64,000 nucleotides of DNA from Azolla caroliniana. Taxonomy: Eukaryota; Plantae; Polypodiophyta. Positions 23,701-38,836 of the stretch are shown piece by piece. The position numbers were made by a program, and so were the translations under genes. Location: NCBI GenBank assembly GCA_043228905.1, contig JBHGNT010000003.1, positions 6,386,001 to 6,450,000 on the forward strand, written 5' to 3'. The notes under the pieces are model-generated. The model was not told the DNA's origin. It worked only from the letters and a program-made list of their open reading frames with translations, and searched no databases. Numbering within the stretch: position 1 is the first letter of the stretch; every line of letters begins with the position of its first letter.

Positions 23701-26700
23701 CCGAGAAGAGATCCTTGATAAGGCTAATAGGGCCGATGCATCTTCACAACTCGTGCAAGATGAGGAGAAGGAATCAGGAGATTTGGGATTAAAACCATAC
23801 ATTGACTATATAACAATTGCGGGAGGGCGTCTTACCATCATTGGAATGATCCTAGGCCAAATCGCTTTCTCTGTTGCCCAACTGCTTAGCAACATTTGGC
23901 TTGCTACCGAGATCTCAAACCCAGACATTTCATCAGCCTATCTTATCAGTGTATATGGCGTCGTCTCTCTCCTCAGTGTTGTCTTCTTCTTTTTCCGGTC
24001 CGCCCTGATTGTCCGTCTCGGTCTGAAGGCCTCAAAATCTTTTTTCTATGGCTTCACGAATGCTGTGATGAAGGCACCCATGTCGTTCTTCGATTCAACA
24101 CCCTCGGGACGAATCCTTAACAGGGTAATGGAACATATATTCCATTATATGACAAGATTTTTCATGTATGCATATGCTTTTGTTTTGTTTGGGGTCTCTT
24201 GATTAAATGATTGTATTGCTTTGGCTGGCTGGCATAGGCATCTGTCGATATGAGTGTATTGGATCTTGATATTCCATTTTGTTTCGGCTTTGTTCTGGCA
24301 TTGATTTTCGACATTTTGGGCATTGTCGTCGTCACTGCTATAGCAACATGGCAAATCATTCTGATTGTTGTACCTGCACTTGCAACGATCCAATACTTGC
24401 AGGTGTGTATGAGTTAGGGTTTATCATCCTCTGTAACAGTAGCATAAAGTAAGGGTGGTATAGTAAAAACAGCCCTTTCGAATTCATTTCGGTGACGATC
24501 TAATGGTTTTTCAATGATGTAGAAATATTACGCAGCTGCGGCCCGAGAACTCTCTCGGATTAACTCCACTACCAAGGCTCCAATAGTGAACAACTCAGCA
24601 GAGACTATTAGTGGCACAGCAACAATTCGTGCTTTTGGGATGTCGGAGCGCTTCAGGAAGAGGAACTTGGAGCTCATTGATGTCGATGCCTCCCTCTACT
24701 TCCACAAGCATGCGGCTCTTGAGTGGCTCATCTTCCGCATTGAGATATGTTGCAGCGTTGTCATCACCTGTGCTACTATGTTGGTGGTCCTCAAGAGTGA
24801 TATCTCTGCAGGTGTTTTTTCTCTTTTCACTTGCTAGGACCAAGGCATTGAAAACAAACTTATTTGAAAAAACCAATGTTGGAAAAAATTAGTGAAGTGG
24901 AGAGACCAGGAGCCCAACCGACCATCTCTCAACTAGAGAAACATCCAGTCAGTCGGCCATATGAGAAGGTCCCATGTCCCATAACCAATATGGAAGAATG
25001 AACTCTGGAGCAAAGAGATAATAATGTGAGCCCCCATGTCCCAAAGCCAACATGGAAAAATGAACTCTGGAGCAAAGGGATCCCAGATAATAATATATAG
25101 ATGTAATTGGTAAGGTGACCCATGAAGGGAGAAGAATGCACAATATCAAAGTTGTGAGCATTTAGATACCGACTAATAATTGATCTTAGATCTATGTCCA
25201 CATCATGTGAGTAGCCTAGAATGGTTGCGCTGACCAGGTGATGAGCTCGACTGAGCTACAATAGGCCTATCTTTGGCCTACTTGATTCCATTTAATCGAA
25301 TTTTTATTTATACATAGTATGCTCATAATGGATGTTGCCTAAGATCCATTATTTCCAATGAATTTGATGGATGAAACAACAGTACACGAGGAATTTTGAA
25401 GCAACAAAATCAGGTTCTGAAATGAATTTCCATGTCTTATGCCTTTGTGTTTCAGGTTTCGCTGGCCTAGCAATTACATATGCCCTTGCACTAAGCAACT
25501 GCCAAATCTTCCTGTCATGGTGGCAATGCATGTTTGCAATTTTTATTGTCTCTGTTGAACGCATCAAGCAATACATGACCTTGCCCAAGGAAGCTCCTGC
25601 CATTATTGAATCTAATAGACCGTCCCCTCAATGGCCAACGAAAGGAAAAGTCGTTCTCGACAATTTACAGGTAAAAAACATAACTCGAAAACTAAACAGG
25701 CTTGTAATAATGCTTCATGGTAGTACATAAAACCAAACTATCGAACGCTTTATAGGTTTAAAACGAAACTATCTAATGCTACGAAACATAGGAAGGGATC
25801 ATGTAAAAAAAGTTTGTTGTTATGATCACTTTTATACTTACATAAAGGCTAATGTTGTTTTCACATTCACATTCTGCTTGAGCATGTAATGTCTTGTTTC
25901 ATTTAGAAAGGGAATGACCAATTTTGTGACATGGTTGATCGAAACACAGATCCGGTATCGCTCAAATTCACCAATGGTGCTGAAGGGGGTGTCATGCACA
26001 TTTGAAGGTGGGCAGAAGGTAGGGGTGGTGGGGCGCACCGGGAGTGGAAAGACAACCCTTATCAGCGCTATCTTCCGATTGGTTGAACCGTGCGGTGGCT
26101 CCATCTACATTGATGACATTGACATCTGCAGCATTGGGCTCAACGATTTGCGGCTTCGCCTTGGGATCATCCCACAGGAACCTGTCCTGTTCCGTGGCAC
26201 TGTCAGGACCAATCTTGATCCATTGAACCAATACAAGGATAATGACATCTGGGAGGTACTTAGATCAATCAAAAGATGTCTCTACTAATCATTTTGCTTA
26301 GGATGTCTAATTTGAATCTACTATCAGGATTTGTTACTCTGCAATGAAAGGTTCAAATCAATATCTGTGATTAGTTCATTGATCCATGATTAATCCCTAA
26401 TGAAGTTATAACTAATGTTTGAATCATATCTTTTTGGTGTAGACTTTGGAGAAGTGTCAATTGGGGAAGGTAATCCGAAAGTTGCCTCTTCAGCTTGAAT
26501 CACCAGGTATATTACTGTAATCATGCACACTAAATTCGAATTATCCAAAACTAATCAAATCGAGTACATGAATTGATTCCACTCATTTAATGATGAAACA
26601 ATCATGAATAAATTGACCTCATTTGTGATGAATCTATCATTCCTCTGCATTCAGTGTCGGATCAAGGCGAGAATTGGAGCGCAGGCCAACGCCAGTTGTT

Positions 26701-28125
26701 CTGCCTGGGGCGAGTGCTGTTGAAGCGTAGTCAGGTGCTTGTGTTAGATGAGGCCACTGCTTCCATCGACTCTGCCACTGATGCACTCCTCCAGGAAGTC
26801 ATCCGCAAGGAGTTCCGTGCTTGTACTGTCATTACTGTGGCTCATCGCATCCCCACAGTCATCGACAGTGACCTTGTCCTTGCACTCAGTGACGGTATAT
26901 ATTCCATCCTATATTCATTCATTTTGTTCCGTTTTTCATTATTTCATACCTATCCACCATTCATTCTTAATGATCCATAAATTTTGCTAGATCACTAGTT
27001 GTAGCAACACCCATGGTTGATTGCATTGTCCAGTAACCACACGACCATTAAGGCATTCATTCTTTCATTATAACTTGAAGAGGCATTCTTAATTGCATAT
27101 TAGGTGAGATATAATGATAAATATTTGAGATGAATCAAGCATGTAAAATCATTAGCTAATTGAGTCAGAATGGCATCATCTCCCTAGTTCACTAGGGAAT
27201 TGGATTCAGTGTCATCCATGCGGGAATTCAGATTGGATGGCACGATCTAATCTAATTCATTAGGGATTTGATATAAAATGTGGCATCATCCATCTAATTC
27301 ATGGGTGAATTGAAATTGAATGGCATCAATCGTATCTAATTCACAAGGGAATTGAGATATCAAATAGTATTAATCTAATTCACATCGGAATTTAAAGACC
27401 CAAATGCATCAATCGATTACACTGGGGAATAAAGGAAGAATAGCATCACCTAATTTCATGAGGGAAGTCAAGATAATGTCTGCATCAATCTACTCAAGAG
27501 TACAGAAGGAAATTTCAAGGTCTAAAAAATGCATCTGAAATTTTATACAACAAAAAGGAAGCAATCAAGGGGAAGGAGATTTCTACATTGTGTCCAAATT
27601 TTATATTAAAAGCTTCATGGAGGCAAATTAACATGACTCTGCTTCTACTACATTATACACACATGCACATAACAATCGGCAACGGTTCGGTTCGGTTCGG
27701 TTTGGAACCAAACCATTTAAAAATGTTGAAACCTGAACCGAACCGTGAAACCTTTAAACCGTAAAAACCGCGGTTTCATGGTTCAGTTTTGGTTTTCAAC
27801 ATAGGTCAAATTTATTTTATTTTATTTTTAAATTTATAATATTTCATTTTTTAGAATTTTTAAAATTTTTAAGATGTTCCTAAAATATGAGAATAAGAGT
27901 AAAAATGAAAAGATTGTTTAAAAACAAATTTTAAAATTTTATAGAATTTTTTTCAGATTTTTAATATTTTTTTTTAATAAAATTAAAAATTAAAAACCGT
28001 TTAACCGTTTAAACCGCGATTTTGACTGCTGAAACCGAACCGAACCGTTAAAAAAAACCTAAACCTGAACCGACCCAACCCGAACCGTTGCCGATTGTTA
28101 CATGCACATCCATCCATACGTACGT

Positions 28126-28163
<38 letters not shown>

Positions 28164-28301
28164 CTAATTCAGATTTTCTTTTGAGCTAAAACAGGGTACC
28201 TGATCGAGTGTGCATCGCCCAAGAGACTGATGGATAACAAATCATCGCTGTTCGCCCAGCTGGTCGCAGAATATTGGGCTCAGGCCAGTCGGAAGAGATG
28301 A
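20762..28301 (+). CDS. ABC transporter subfamily C (MRP-type), 11 exons, ~1346 aa
   Basis: Exons 20762-22387, 22771-23091, 23324-23410, 23504-24124, 24238-24402, 24523-24811, 25456-25670, 25950-26255, 26443-26506, 26655-26894 and 28195-28301. All introns are GT-AG and frame-consistent (4041 nt). NBD1 has GAIGSGKS / MSGGQ / YLLDDP; NBD2 has GRTGSGKT / WSAGQ / VLDEAT. Confidence 0.95.
27170..27480. repeat. Degenerate ~40-bp minisatellite in the last ABCC intron
   Basis: Recurrent TGGCATCA...TAATTCA...GGGAATT units. Confidence 0.5.
27670..28100. mobile_element. hAT-type MITE in ABCC intron 10
   Basis: Perfect TIR TAACAATCGGCAACGGTTCGG, 8-bp TSD CATGCACA (27662-27669 / 28101-28108), subterminal AACCG repeats and an AT-rich core. 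Confidence 0.92.
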
Positions 28302-31300
28302 ATGAAAAAATGAATAAAAAGCCATACCGCCCAAAATGCCCTCCACATTTCCCAAACCCTAATTGCAAAGCATGGGCCTCCATTTTACACATCCACTCGA
28401 TTCAGGTTTTTCTTGTGTGTTTTTCTTTTGTCCACCTTTCGCAGTCTGTGACAACCGGCTCAACCAACAATTATTGTGATAGCAACTGACTATGACCACT
28501 GACAAGGTTTAAATTCTTCATTCCCTATCTCTACCCTCGTACATGATCCAATCCCGGATCCTTGTCCACAGTGAGGGCATCAGCTTTACACACATGAGCT
28601 TGAATGGAAGGACTACAATGAGTAAATCATTTTCACTAGAAAAGATTATAAACAGATACTCTCCTCTTCTTTTCATCCTCGAATGCCCAAAATGTATTGA
28701 GTTTGGTATCTAATAAAAATATTTCAAGTATGAAAACTAAGTTTCTGTAACACATAGTGAGAATTTGTCCTGTTTCATAATGAGCATATGTTCAACATTC
28801 AAAGGGAACTGTTTACATTTGGCAAACGTACTAAATCTGCTCTATATAGAATACAAGAGGAATCACTCCCTTGCAATGATAAGCAGTGTTTAGCTCATTA
28901 TGAAGCAGACAATCATTGTAGATGGTTGTAAAGTGACTTGCAATCACACTGCTCATATTACTGAAACCTGGCAGGGTTTTAAGGCCCTGAATGTCCATTC
29001 TCGCAAAGGTCCAATAATGAAATTTGTAAGCCTGCAATTCAGAACTACAAACTACAAACTCAATATCTGTATGGATTGTGGTTAGTCCAATAATGAAATT
29101 TGTGAAAAATTATCCCATGTGTACGATTTGGTGTAGTTATGGAAATTGGTCATTAGGGTAATCAACACCTGAAAGCACTATTATCATCACAACTTATTAT
29201 TGTGGCATATGCTTGCTTCCCACTATAGCATGAGGCTCCACATCATCAATATCATGATCAAGACAAAATGTGCAGATGCAATTTGCTTTAGCTGGTCTTT
29301 CTTAGCTTCATTCTCAACAGCAAGTTCATGACAACCAGTGTTGAGATTGATTGCCCTGACCTCGTATTAAATTGCACAAGGAACCCATCACTTCATCGAA
29401 GGTAGTCCCAACATGCTAAGTTTGGGTAAGCAACAGCAATTCACTATTGACAGCATCTTGGTTCCATTTGGTTGTGACTGCATTGTAAGGCATGATCCAA
29501 TTCTGTCTCAGAATAACAGTGGTACCTCAATATGTATAATTTTCTCATGTTCCATCTCTTCCTCATCATGTGCATAACTAGATCATTTTTCTTTGTCACT
29601 TGCATTTTTCAGTTATAGTTGGTGATATGCCTCCATGTCCATCGATTTAAATCACATGCTTGTGAACTGTCATGAGACCATCTAGTTCCATCATCCTCGT
29701 TTCGAGTAATTGAGTACAGCATGGCTACCTTGATCCCAAGGTTGGTATCAGAGGAAAAACATCACAATGTGGCCGAGAGAACAATTGTTACATCTGGAAC
29801 ACATAAGACTACAGAATCAAGCCAGTCACAAAACAAGACCAAATCCAGTAAACAATCTATCCACTGACTTTAGGGGCAGAAATAAGACAAGTTCGGTCGT
29901 CTGACCAGGTTACATAAACGAACAAGATTCCCATTTAAATTAAATATTGTTTCAGATAACTTCAAGTATCTGACACATTTGATTACATTGACATTGTGAG
30001 GCACTTATACTACACTCCCAAAAATAGTTCAGACTACTTGATTTGAGAATGTTCAATGATTCATCAACAAATGAAACCTGTATCAAAGCTTGAACAATAA
30101 ATATTTTAAGAGATATAGTTTCATGCTGCAATACAATACATGACCATTAGGAGTACCATCATCTGCATGTCCTTTGTGAATTATCCATCACTAGATTTAA
30201 AGATTGATAATCTTATACTACAGCATCATATGCTTCCAGAACTGCACACATCTGACTAATTTTTTCCACATAACCATAGCAGCACCTAGTGTTGTCCATT
30301 TGATTTCTCCAAACCAGGATAAAAACAGGAAAGAAAGATCCACAATAGCTTTACTGAAGAGAAACACATATCTCATGGATTCTTTCATAAACTATATATA
30401 GGCCATCCATTAGAATATGTGAACCTGGGGATCTAAAGCAATAATGTTCCTTATTGCTGCTCATTGTAATAGTATCCAACAATGCTGCCTCCTCTGCTTC
30501 AGTATCAATGACCATAGGTGGCATTTATTGATCTGTACCCAATTCCAACAATGTAGGTAGATACCACCAAAAATCTTCATTAATAAATAGCAAAAGGGTA
30601 GGCTCTCTGCCTACAAAATCACACACATTACATGTCAATAGCATATATATTTATCTACCTTCAATAGTAGATTTGAGTATATTTTGAAATTATGACCTGT
30701 TGTGTGAAAGAGATATCCGCCATCATAGAATGTTCAAAAGAAGCAAAAGAAAATACATCAAAAAAATACAGCATCCTGACTGGGTTTGATTCAGTAGAAA
30801 GGTCTTAATACTGTGATGATCTTTCATCTTCCATATGGAATATGATTATTAGAATTTAATCAACACCAAGTAAATCATCTTAACTTACTTTTCGATACTG
30901 CTAGAATTTAATCAAGGTCATACCTATCATCTTAACTTTTCCTTGCTGCTAATTGACAACTTACTTAGTCTATGTTTCATTTAAAATAAACATTAAGGAT
31001 ACCATTTTGGTTATTCCTTGAGAGTACCATAACTTTAGCCTGTTTCTTAATATGAAAGGAAGATAGTACCCCAGTAAGTATTTAATCAATAACAAAATAT
31101 CTAGGTGCCCACACCATAGACCTGATTAAATTCCCAAAGAGCATGGAGAAGTGTCAAAGTGACTTGTTCATGCACGCCACTTACAAGATTGTGGTCTCAA
31201 ATGAGTCCATACACAAACAACAAAAACATAAAATGAGAAGGAATATATTGAGAACGTGAGCACTTAGATAAAGGAGAAATGGATGATTTTCATACTGGCG

Positions 31301-31319
31301 GGGAGACCTGGGCTTGAAG

Positions 31320-34300
31320 CTACTTATCAGCATGCTTAGCTCGCTTCGTTTTTTTGTGGGCATAATTTCCATGATTTTTTGCAACTTTCTCTGGTTTCTT
31401 CTTAGGAGTTCTGCATTCACATATCAAGGTTGGGTTACCAAAAAAAGGACCTTGAACCTTTCCACTTAATCATCCAGCATATCGACTGGGCCTACCCTAG
31501 TATAGAGGAAAAGAACATGTTGAGCAATAAGGCAGGAAGCAACAAAAGGATCGATGCCTGCATTTACAAAAGAAGTTATCTGGATAAAAATTTAATATGA
31601 ATAAGAACTAGAGCCAAAAATATTTTGTGTGCAAAAGTAATCATACCAAAAACCATACAAGTTCCTTGCTAGCCAATGGTTTCAGGATATCAACCTTTTT
31701 GAGTGTTCTCTCAACTGACTTTTGAAGCTGTTCCAATATAAATTTCATCATTACCCCCAGCAAACTCACGCATTTAGATTAGGAAAATACTCTGATATAC
31801 CCAAGTTTGTTCATTTCCAAAATGCCACTGAGTTTTGTACTTCCGTATACACCATTGGACCAACCACCGATTGAGATGAGAGGATGAATTAGCCATTTAA
31901 TTAATCAAATAGGACAGATATTTAAGACAAGGGAATGAATTGAAGGTATAATTGATTGCTTAGATACCATGTATAAGTGCTCTTTTAGTGGTTGACAAAA
32001 TAAAGAAAAACTTAGGAATATTTCGGAATTTTTTCCTTGAGATTAATATACAAGAGATCGCATCAGACACTCCAGCTAAATAGTGTAACATAATGATGTG
32101 ATTGAAATGATCAACTTGTAAGCTTAGTTTCAATAAATGGAAAACCTTGGCAGCCTTCCAACTTAGCTGAAAATTTGGAAACTGCATAGAGGATAGGATT
32201 TACACTATATGATGGAATACCTGAACATGATATGCTCTGGCAGAAGTGACAAATTGTCTGTAGAGCTTGAAACTCTTTTTTCTGTATGGTTTAGTTATAG
32301 ATTCGACTTGCTTATAGTATGGCCTTGATATTTCCTTCACAATCTATGCATCATTGCCATTTCAACAGTCAGAAACTCAACAAATAGACAGTAGAATATG
32401 AATCTCTACACCATAATGCAAATTAAATAAAGACATAAGTACACTAGAATGAGCTCCCACATAGAAGCAAATTAAGAGAATATACCTCTAAATGCGGTTT
32501 AATGGTATCATGAACCTTCTCTAGGTATGGCGATACAAATTCTACTGCCGACTCATATCCTTCAGATAATTTGGACTTAGCAATTTGAATATGTGGAGCA
32601 ACAGTAGATGTAATAGATTTCTTACTATGTTTAATTACAGGGCTCCACTTCTCTTGAACATGCTGCCATATGAATAAGAAGAAAAAATATTACTCATAAA
32701 ATCAGCATAAGAATTTGTGAAGGTAAAACATTCTCATATTTTGTTACTTCTTACCTTTATAAAATTATCAGTATAAGGCTTTGTTCTCTTCCAAACCACA
32801 GAAGCCTTTTGTGAAGCCTGTGAAACATTTTAGCATCACTCTTCTTCCCTTGAAACAACCTGACACTTAGCCAAAGGTATGGATAATGGTTCATATATTA
32901 CCCTTTCTACAGTTGCATCCACAACAGGTTGCACATAGCTCCTCCAGTAGACAACTGCAAATTCCTGTAAACATCATTGACACTACATAAATAAATAGAT
33001 TGACATATTCGCATTTGTGGGGGTTACCAAACGAATGCATGAAAAGCATTCGTTAAAAAAAAAAAGAGTTCATAAACTCCCTCCTTTTTAGTTTCCTAGA
33101 TATAAAAAAGGGGACTTCACAATAAAAAAGGGACTTGACACTAATAAATTTTTATAATAAATGTAGAAGTATTCGTCTTACTTTAATAATTAATTAATTA
33201 ATTAAAATAAAGGTTCATTAATTCCTCACTTTTCATTCTCCCAAATTTTATAGATATTTTTATCTGACATTAAAAATGGGACTCCACACTAATCATATTT
33301 CTATAATAAATATAAAAATATTCGTTTTTTTTAAATAATAATAATAATAAATAAATAAAATAAAATAAAGGTTCATAAACTCCCCCCCTTTTTATTTGAC
33401 ACTATAAAGGAGACTTAATACTAATTATATTTTTATAATCTATTAATGAATGATTGCTCTTTTTTTAGTGAATTATCGTTTTTTTTAAAAATCAAAAGAT
33501 GAATTTTATTTTTATTTTTTTGCAAAACGAATGGTTTTATAATATTCTTGGGGTCATTTCATATTCTCGAATATTGCAAATATCACGCATGTGTCAATCT
33601 ATGCATATATATATATGGAATATGTAGAGGTAATCATTCCTGCATCAGCAACTAGCATTGCTACTTCACCTGCAGCTCTGATAGTTTCATTAGAATCCAT
33701 GGAGGGAGCCAGCCACCACGAACCTAAAAACAAATAAAAAGGAGAACAAACACTTTACCAAGCAACTTCAATCTAAGATATTAACATGTTACTTCTTTAG
33801 GGGAGATAGTGAGACCTTACATTAAGAAGTTCAGTGTCCTTTGCAGCAGTTTCTTTCTGTGCTTTGGCTAAAGTTAGCTACCAGATACAAATAAATACAC
33901 TTAGCAAGAATTGCCATATAAGAGCTCAAATACAAGATCTATTAAAACTACAAACCTCTGCCACATGAATCACTTTTTCTGCCTTCGTGAGTTTTGTTTT
34001 CTGCTCAGATACCAACTTCTCTAGCTGCAAAATTTGAGTTCATACAACAGCTGCGATATCAGAAAAAAAAACATGTAGTCCTTAACCAAAGCTTACAAAA
34101 ACAGTGGAAGCCAGGCTAATAAACTCAATAGAAAAAATAAATTGACATTAGCTAAATATAATTTAAATTTTAGAGTTTACATTTTCGTTAGACATACCAA
34201 AGTTCTCACTCATTAAGACGAGAATAGTCTAGATCTTTATCAGACCTTTCCGCTTGTATGTCTTGTCTTGACAAATTCTTATCCTGACCTTTACGAGTAA

Positions 34301-37300
34301 TGGTACCATCCCATTGTCTGAAGATTACTTAACTATAAGATGTACATAATTGATTTTTTGAATGACTGATAAAGTATATCAGTGATCAATTCGTAGGCTC
34401 TGGTAAAGAGCATACATAATGAGTTAACACTTCATAATTAGCAGCGCTGACATGCATTCAAGAATGCTTACATGATTTTTTCATAATAAGATCGCTTATG
34501 AAATCGTGGTTTACATTGTTAAAACTACAAGTCTACACATGATATATTATATGAATATTAGAAAACTATAACATTACTAGTTGCATCTCCCAATAGTCTA
34601 GACTGATAATTAGCCAGAAGATTAAGGTTAAAACTCGTGACGTGACAGTCCAAAGAGCTCAGTTTTAATCTTAAATTTATTTAGATTTAATGTTTCTTCT
34701 CTGCTTAAATGCCGTCTGATGCTCAAATCTATGAGACCTGTAAATAGATTAAGCTAATGTTACGTCTATTAGCCAGTGTTAGGTTTAAAATTCATATTCT
34801 TATGAATGTTTTCTTCAGAATTAAGTTACCAGCATTATGCATTATTTGTAGATAGAAATTACTAATTATGATATAAGAATGTTACGTCTATTAATTAGTG
34901 TTAGATTGAAATTGTATATTCTTATGAAATTGTAGTTCAATAGTTATTTCTTCATTTGTAGGAGGCGGTTGTAATTGATCTTCATCTTCTGGGGTCTAAA
35001 ATTTCTCTGTTTTGCTGTCCATCTTCTTCTAGCAATAAAACTGTTTTGTAGATCTCTATTTGTTCATCACCCTACAAGGTTATTTTTTAGTTAATGATTG
35101 ATTGTTGCTGAAATTTTGGTCTGTTTGATAATTCTAATGAGGTACAATTACTTTTGAGAATCTTTGCTTCTTTGAATACAACATCACGAGTCCTGATTAC
35201 CTTTCGAGGTTACAATAACCAAATTTTGTAACCCGTCTCACCTTCTGCCTTGTATCCCAGAAAAATGCCTTTGATGGATTTTGCATCCAGCTTGTTTCTT
35301 AACTTCTCTCTAATGTGGACGAAAGCTTCACAACCGAAGATGCGCAGATGATCATACAAGGCTGATTTGCCTGTCCAAATCTCTCCAACATGCCACCTTT
35401 GAGTGAAATGTGTGGGGATCAATTAAGAATATATACTACAGTTTGTAACGCCTCTCCCCAAAATGTTAAGGAAGATTAGTTGTGAATGGAATACATTGAG
35501 CCCTTTTATGTAATGTCATATTGTATCATTCAGGCACACCATTAGATGTTGGATTGCACTACAAGGTAGGAGGTGCACACACACACACGTGTGTGTACGC
35601 ACTATCAAGATCCATAGAATATGCTCTTAAAAGAAGAACTTTAAACATTGATGGGACAGCTAAATCTTGGCCTCATAAATACCTATTTAATGCTGAATGG
35701 GAATCTTGTCTAAGGATCCCAATCAGTGTACCAATATTCTTTTAGGAGTTGTAGACTGTAGTACAATTCCGAAAACGAGACTGCAATTCTAGCAAAAATA
35801 GGAGCAGAAACGTTTTTCTAGTTTAATAGGTGCAACCTAAGGGCTTTTAATCCCAACATACCACATGCTGTTAGAAGATGCATGGACCACACTCCATGGC
35901 ACCCACAGAAATGAAACTTTTGTGGAGAAAAACAGAAGTACGAAATTGAAAATCAAATGCTGATCCCTACATCTGAAAATGAAAATAAACCCTAATCCCA
36001 ACATGAAAATAAAAACCACTATTAATAGAGAATTCACAAGCTCAATCTACCACCAACCAGAAAATAAGATGATAGACAAAAAGCTCAAACCTCTAACCTG
36101 ATTAACCTAACTTTGGGTTCCTGCCATAAAACACGTAACCCTTCTCCAACATTAATGCCAATTGAACTAAATTAAAAATAATTGAGCATGCTAAAGGACA
36201 GAAATTAAGGGATAAACCAAATACATTCTCTCATTAACATATAAAAACACATGATGGATGAAAGGGCCCATGAAAGTTCCAGTGTCTCTCTTGCCGGCTT
36301 TGAGGATAGAGTTGTCCTAAGATAAAAAATCCATACCCACGCATTTACAGAGGCATCCTTTAAATAGGCAGTTACAATGGTAAAGGTGGCCATATCTTAA
36401 AGGAAAGGTGGCTTCATCCTATTGATTCTTCTCCTGAAACTCAAACTACACATCTTACATATATATTGGGCATTTTAGACCTGGAACGTGTACAAGTGCA
36501 CCTAAAGGTGAATGCTAAAGCAGTATGAAGAAGATAGTGCAACACATAGACCAAAACCAGTAAAGAATGAGGCACATATCAATGGGGATCAGCTTACACA
36601 AAATGGGAACTCTAGGATGAGACTTTTTTAATTTATCATATAGGTTAAAGTTTGAACTTTGTAAATAATTATTTTATTCATTATACCACGTACAGAATAA
36701 GATTTGAGAAAAACTAAAATTGCCATCGCAAAGAATGAGATAGGAAAAGATACAAAAACTGTCACCTGTTTGACTTTGGAAGACTGAGTAGCACCCACAG
36801 CCTCCAGAGATTCTGCTGTCTGCTTGTATTTCTGTAGCTCAATTTCTGTTTTCTTCAAGTTGTCTTCGAGCTTGGCCACCTGAAGCCTCCAAGAGTCAAA
36901 ACAATATTACATCCAGTATGCAACATGACTTCATTGGTATTGAGCCATGAGAAACGAATTACAATCAGCCAAACAAAAAGGTAGTTCTTTCAGAAGGTGA
37001 ATGAAAAATATCCAACTTTATCCTTCAATACCTTTGAGGCAAGCTCCATCTGTAGAGCATCAAGATCTGACGCTTGCTTTCTCTGGTTAAATAAGAGCAT
37101 AAAAAAAAATGTCAGGACGCAAGGAAGATGTAAAGGTAGTAGAAATGTGAGAATGTGGTCAAGAAGCTGCAGCCATACTGTCAGCCTTTAAACTCTGACC
37201 CTTTCACAAATTCCTCAGGAGCCCATCCCCCAACCAGCACTCATACTAGTGCACAAAAGTACGACACAGTACACACATCTGGTGATCATGAAGATTATTC

Positions 37301-38274
37301 TGCTCCATCAAATGACTGGCTAGAGGGATGCTAAGATCCCCCATGTATATGTGGATCATCTACTGCTTGGGTAAGGTGAGGCTTGTCCACCGATTAGACA
37401 CTGAAAACATGAAGTGGGGGGGAAACATGAAATTGAGAACTAACTCAAAAGGAAACAGGAACTGAAGGCTCCGGAGAAATCTATCCAAACTGTGCATCCT
37501 TAGTGGCATTAAGGAAGAATGACTGTCTAGAGGGAGGCTAAGATCCCCCATGCATATGTGGATCATCTACTGATTGGGTAAGGTGAGGCTTGTCCACCGA
37601 TTGGACACTGAAAACATGAAAGGGAAGTGAGGGGGGGAAACATGAAATTGAGAACTAAATCAAAAGGAAACGGGAACTGACGGCTCCGGAGAAATCTATC
37701 CAAACTGTGCATCCTTGGCGGCATTAAGGAAGAACGGTGAAAACATGAAATGTGAAAAACCTGCAATAGAGATATGGAAATCTCCAACAACAAAAAAAAA
37801 CATCAAAATGTGGAGGAAATCGTTACCTTCAGCCTTTCAAACTCATCCTGTAAGGAAGCTACGAGCTTGATCTTGTCCTGGAATTCCACATCTTTCTCTG
37901 ACAGATTTCTCTCTGACTCAAAAAAAAAAAACAAAGAGCCATAATCAAACCAAACTCTTTTAGTTCGTGTGGACAGAAAATCTCTGAAACGAGAGAGATA
38001 CAAGGAGCAAGAGGAAGAAGCGAAGGAAAAAGGCCGGTAAGAGAAATGTGACAGAAGATTTACCGAGAAGGTGAAGCTTGCTCTGTGTAAGATCGAGTTC
38101 TTCGAGCAAGGCAGCATAATCAGGGCACTGAGAAGGGATTGGATCGGCGTGGTGGCCGAGCTGCGAAGGATGATGTTGTGGAAGAATATCAGCGAAGGCA
38201 GAAGGATGGGAAGAAGAAGAAGAAGCGAGGAAGAAGAAGAAGAAGCAGAAGGGGAGGAGGGGGAGAGGGGCCAT
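31320..38274 (-). CDS. Conserved plant coiled-coil protein with N-terminal signal peptide and C-terminal TM helix (resembles the Arabidopsis At4g31340/At2g24420 'myosin heavy chain-like' family), ~14 exons
   Basis: ATG at 38274 (MAPLPLLPFCFFFFFLASSS). Spliced exons include 38064-38274, 37827-37912, 37032-37082, 36766-36879 and 33956-34024. Motifs GGWLPPWI (~33700), LQKSVERTLKKVDILKPLASKELVWFL (~31647-31727), hydrophobic ASILLLLPALLL and basic end KTKRAKHADK* (stop 31320-31322). Family assignment is from memory of these motifs. Confidence 0.82.
33060..33440. repeat. AT-rich degenerate ~150-bp tandem repeat (intronic)
   Basis: Three recurrences of GTTCATAAACTCC...GGGACTT...CACTAAT. Confidence 0.45.
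35150..35500 (-). mobile_element. Ty1/Copia integrase C-terminal (SH3-like) fragment inside an intron
   Basis: TFWGEALQTVVY, WTGKSALYDHLRIFGCEAFVHI..KLDAKSIKGIFLGY..GYKIW and VIRTRDVVF. Confidence 0.8.
37311..37733. repeat. Tandem duplication, ~208-bp unit (intronic)
   Basis: 37311-37518 resembles 37519-37733. Confidence 0.85.
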
Positions 38275-38394
38275 GGCGAACTCAGAGAGAGAGAGAGAGA
38301 GAGAGAGATTCAGATGGAATCAGAAATCAGAAGAGAAGGAGAAGGAATTGAGTGAAAGAAAGGAAGAGGGGAAGTTTTTTGTGTGTTTTATGTA

Positions 38395-38421
38395 GGAATG
38401 AGTGAAAGAAACAGAGGAATA

Positions 38422-38457
<36 letters not shown>

Positions 38458-38805
38458 GAATGAATTAAAAAAAACAGAGGAATTTGAGAGAGAGAGAGAG
38501 TGTGTGTGTGTGTGTGTTATGAATGAATTAAAAAAAACAGAGGAATTTGAGAGAGAGAGAGAGTGTGTGTGTGTGTGTGTGTGTTATGAATGAATTAAAA
38601 AAAACAGAGGAATTTGAGAGAGAGAGAGAGAGAGTGTGTGTGTGTGTGTTATGAATGAATTAAAAAAAACAGAGGAATTTGAGAGAGAGAGAGAGAGTGT
38701 GTGTGTGTGTGTGTTATGAATGAATTAAAAAAAACAGAGGAATTTGAGAGAGAGAGAGAGTGTGTGTGTGTGTGTGTGTTATGAATGAATTAAAAAAAAC
38801 AGAGG

Positions 38806-38836
<31 letters not shown>

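Noticed and set aside
29744-29754. PBS-like TGGTATCAGAG
   Set aside because: No adjacent LTR end (CA), paired LTR or internal domains were seen.
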